64,000 nucleotides of DNA from Eledone cirrhosa. Taxonomy: Eukaryota. The stretch covers positions 23,312,001 through 23,376,000 of the forward strand of contig OZ024749.1 in NCBI GenBank assembly GCA_964016885.1. Reading direction: 5' to 3'. Positions within the stretch are counted from its first letter, which is position 1; each line of letters starts with the position of its first letter. Under the pieces are notes generated by a model that ran no database searches, was not told the origin of the DNA, and saw nothing but the letters and a program-made list of their open reading frames with translations. The position numbers were made by a program, and so were the translations under genes. Of the stretch, positions 60,270 to 64,000 are shown piece after piece.

Positions 60270-61775
60270 AGCGGTAACAACTACAAGACAAACATCAATA
60301 GCAGCATTTGCAACAACAAGCACCTTAGCCACATTAGCAACAACAACAACAAAAACAACGGTGCCAATACCAGCAACAACAGAAACAAACATATCTGCGG
60401 TAGCAAGATTAGCAACTACACCAACGGAACCAACATTTGCAACTACAACAATAAAAACAGCATCTGTAGCCAAATTAACAACAACATCAGCAACAAAATA
60501 CAAATAAAAAAATAAAAAAAACATCAACATCATCGGTAACTAAATTAGGAAAACCAACAACAACAAAACCCGTAGCGAAATTAACAACAAACACATTGGA
60601 AGGGAAATTAGCAACGACGGCAACAAAATTAGTAGCAAATTTAGCAACAATATCAACAACAACAACAACAACAACATTATCACCACCACAAATTTGGTAG
60701 CAAAATTTGCAACAAGTACATCGGTAGCAAAATTAGCAACAGCAAGAACGGCAACATAATTAGCATCAACAACAGTGGTAATAAAATTAAAAATAACCAC
60801 TACTAAGACAACATTGGTATTTAAATTAACAAGCACAAGAAAAACAACACCAGTAACAGTAATAGCAACAAGAACGACAACAATGGCAGTCAAAATTAGC
60901 AACCACAACAAAAAGAACGGTAGCACCAAAATTAGCAACAGCAACGACAGCAGGAAAATTACCAAAACAGCATGTTTTATAAAACAACAACGGATAAGAT
61001 GACAGCATCGAGAGTCAAATGAGCAACAAAAACCAACGTCAGTAACAAAATTAGAAACACAACTACTATGGCAACAGCATCGGCAGTCAAATTAGCAACC
61101 TCAACAAAATCAACAGCAGTAAAATTAGCAACATCAACAATGGTAGTCGAATTAACAACCACAAAAAAAAACTGCAGCAGCAAAATTAGCAACACCGCAA
61201 ACTACTAAAACAACAACAACGGCAGTCAAATTAGCAACCACAACAACAACGTCAGTAACAAAATTAGAAACACAACTACTATGACAACAGCATCGGCAGT
61301 CAAATTAGCAACACCAACAACTACTAAAACAACGACAAAGCTAGTCAGATTAGCAACCACAATAACTACTAAAACAACAACAAACGTAGTGAGATTACCA
61401 ACCACAATATAAACAACGGCTGAAGCAAAATTAGCAACAGCAACAACTGCCGAAACCACAAAGGTAGTCAAATTAGCAACCACAATATTATCGGTAATTA
61501 GAATTAGCAAAAACAACAACAGTAACAAAATGAAAACAACAACATCGGCAGTCAAATTAGCAACAACAGCAGTAGCAAAATTAACAGCAACGTCGGTAGT
61601 CAAAGTAACAACATCAACAACAACAGTAGCAAAATCTAAAATAACAACTACTACTAACAATAACAGTAGCAAAGTGAAAACAATAACAACATCGGTACTG
61701 AAATTAACAACCACAACAGAAACAACGGCAGCAGCAAAATTAGCAACAGCAGCAAACAATAGCAACAAGAACAAC
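60270..61775. repeat. Degenerate CAA-rich minisatellite with recurrent AAATTAGCAAC core
   Basis: Core recurs many times at irregular ~25-35 bp spacing. Confidence 0.8.
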
Positions 61776-62082
61776 ACGTGAAAGAGGAATAAAAACACTA
61801 CTAACTTTATAACAAATGAACAATTTTAGAGATAAAAGTCTCGCTTCGTAACTAAGATCGTTTTGATAGTTAAGCTAATGACTCTAGAATTGATTGCTGT
61901 TTTATGTGCTAGGAATTGGTAATTTCTGCCAGGAATGTTTACCAATATGTCGTGTCTGACAGAACAGTGCTATCTAATTCCAGGAACTCATCAATTTTGG
62001 AATGACAGAAACCGAAATATTGAGTAGTTGTAGTAGAACGTTAGATAGATGTTGACGGAAAGCAAGGAATGTGATGCGGTGC

Positions 62083-62700
<618 letters not shown>

Positions 62701-62898
62701 TATACACCTCTCTCTCTCTCTTTCTATACATATATAGGGGTGTATATGGTCTATGTGAAGGATTATACATATATGCATGCATATATATTACATATACATC
62801 ACTCTATATATATATATAATAAAACAATAAACTAACTCTATCTACTCCTGACTGTTTTTATCAATCAAACACAGATATACAGTAAATATCTATCTATG

Positions 62899-62988
<90 letters not shown>

Positions 62989-62993
<5 letters not shown>

Positions 62994-63223
62994 GTGGTTA
63001 CACAACAGTTAGTTCAGCATACCGAGAACAATTATTTCACCTTAGCGGATCCCCAGCTCGTAATGGACCTGTATAACCATGTCCATTACGAGCTGAGGAT
63101 CCGCTAAGGTGAAACAATTGTTCTCTGTATGGTGATCTAACTGTTGTGTAACCACTTCTACCTAACTCGTCCCATGGACTGAGTGCTCTACCAGTACAGA
63201 TATTACCTCCCAGTGTTCTACCA

Positions 63224-63226
<3 letters not shown>
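62989..63226 (+). mobile_element. Second pLTR-like fold-back (80-bp arms) with 3' tail
   Basis: Arms 62989-63068 and 63081-63160 with a few mismatches, 12-nt loop; (TA)n on both sides. Confidence 0.7.
63087..63129 (+). ncRNA. Minimal type-I hammerhead (mutated mirror on - at 63020-63062)
   Basis: UACGAG CUGAGGA UCC-GCUAA-GGU GAAA CAAUUG UU CUCUGUA. Confidence 0.68.
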
Positions 63227-63307
<81 letters not shown>

Positions 63308-63551
63308 TAAAGTATAGAAGTTGTTGTGAGCGTGAAGCCAACAGTATTTCATAATATATAAAGGTCTATAACGTCGAAATGGAAAAATAGTTAACGTAAG
63401 ATGTGGGAAAATAATTCAAACTCAATTTTTAAAAAATCAAGACAGATTTATCCATAGAATTTTGTGAAATCTAGGGAAAAATCAATAGAGCCTTAACTCA
63501 GAATAAAATAAAGTTTAAATACTCACCCTTCAATTTGGAAAAACTACAAAT

Positions 63552-63619
63552 ACTCTGTATAGTCTTAAAAAGACTATTTCGCGAAACTTTCAGCGGTTGG
63601 AGTCGTTCATCAGCAGAGC
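63552..63619 (-). ncRNA. Type-I hammerhead with stable stem III
   Basis: Minus: GCUCUG CUGAUGA ACGACU..AGUUUCGC GAAA UAGUCUU-UUU-AAGACUA UA CAGAGU. Confidence 0.8.
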
Positions 63620-63775
63620 TCAAACACGATAACCCTAATGGTACTGTAGAATATGCCAAAAAGGGAATTTAAAGACAGGCTAGTTCACCTCGTACGTAAT
63701 TATGAAAAATAAACGCCCATGGAAATACATGTCTGGTGACGTCAGAATGAGAGCAATTTCTGTTTACATGAAACA

Positions 63776-63839
<64 letters not shown>

Positions 63840-64000
63840 ATATATAAATATGTATATATGGGAGGTCTGGTGTTTGTGAATGTGTGTGTACGTGTCACTA
63901 TGTGTGTATTTGTATATATATATACACATATATAAATATATATATATATTTCGTTTCTGAATTTGTTTAGCAAGATTCTTTATCTGAAATCGTGTGTTGA

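Noticed and set aside
63733-63778. Additional + strand hammerhead (CTGGTGA..GAAACAGC)
   Set aside because: Core is mutated and the 3' half is replaced by (TA)n; topology cannot be completed

Overview
Animal (eukaryotic) genomic DNA that is AT-rich, saturated with microsatellites and dominated by transposons. The SINE and R4 sequences resemble those I recall from Octopus/cephalopods (inference). No host gene can be called with confidence. Four things stand out. (1) A ~26-kb solid retrotransposon array (31.9-57.9 kb) in which every junction is a (TAA)n tract. It is built from RLE-type R4/Dong LINEs of two families, all on +, and two intact APE-type Tx1-clade LINEs, both on -, so unrelated endonuclease classes appear to use opposite strands of one microsatellite. 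(2) Sister Tx1 families at 0-7.8 kb that sit in (TATC)n instead. They share with the TTA family a 3' terminus, a 3'-UTR stem-loop, a three-hairpin leader and a GTRAGT motif at the ORF1 stop. (3) An apparently identical ~2.2-kb direct repeat flanking one Tx1 copy whose body differs from its neighbour. (4) At least 8 type-I hammerhead ribozyme motifs of Penelope-like pLTR type, several inside fold-back palindromes next to (TA)n. Also present are a hAT MITE with an 8-bp TSD, a mariner-like MITE, SINEs and minisatellites. All alignments and RNA folds were done by eye.
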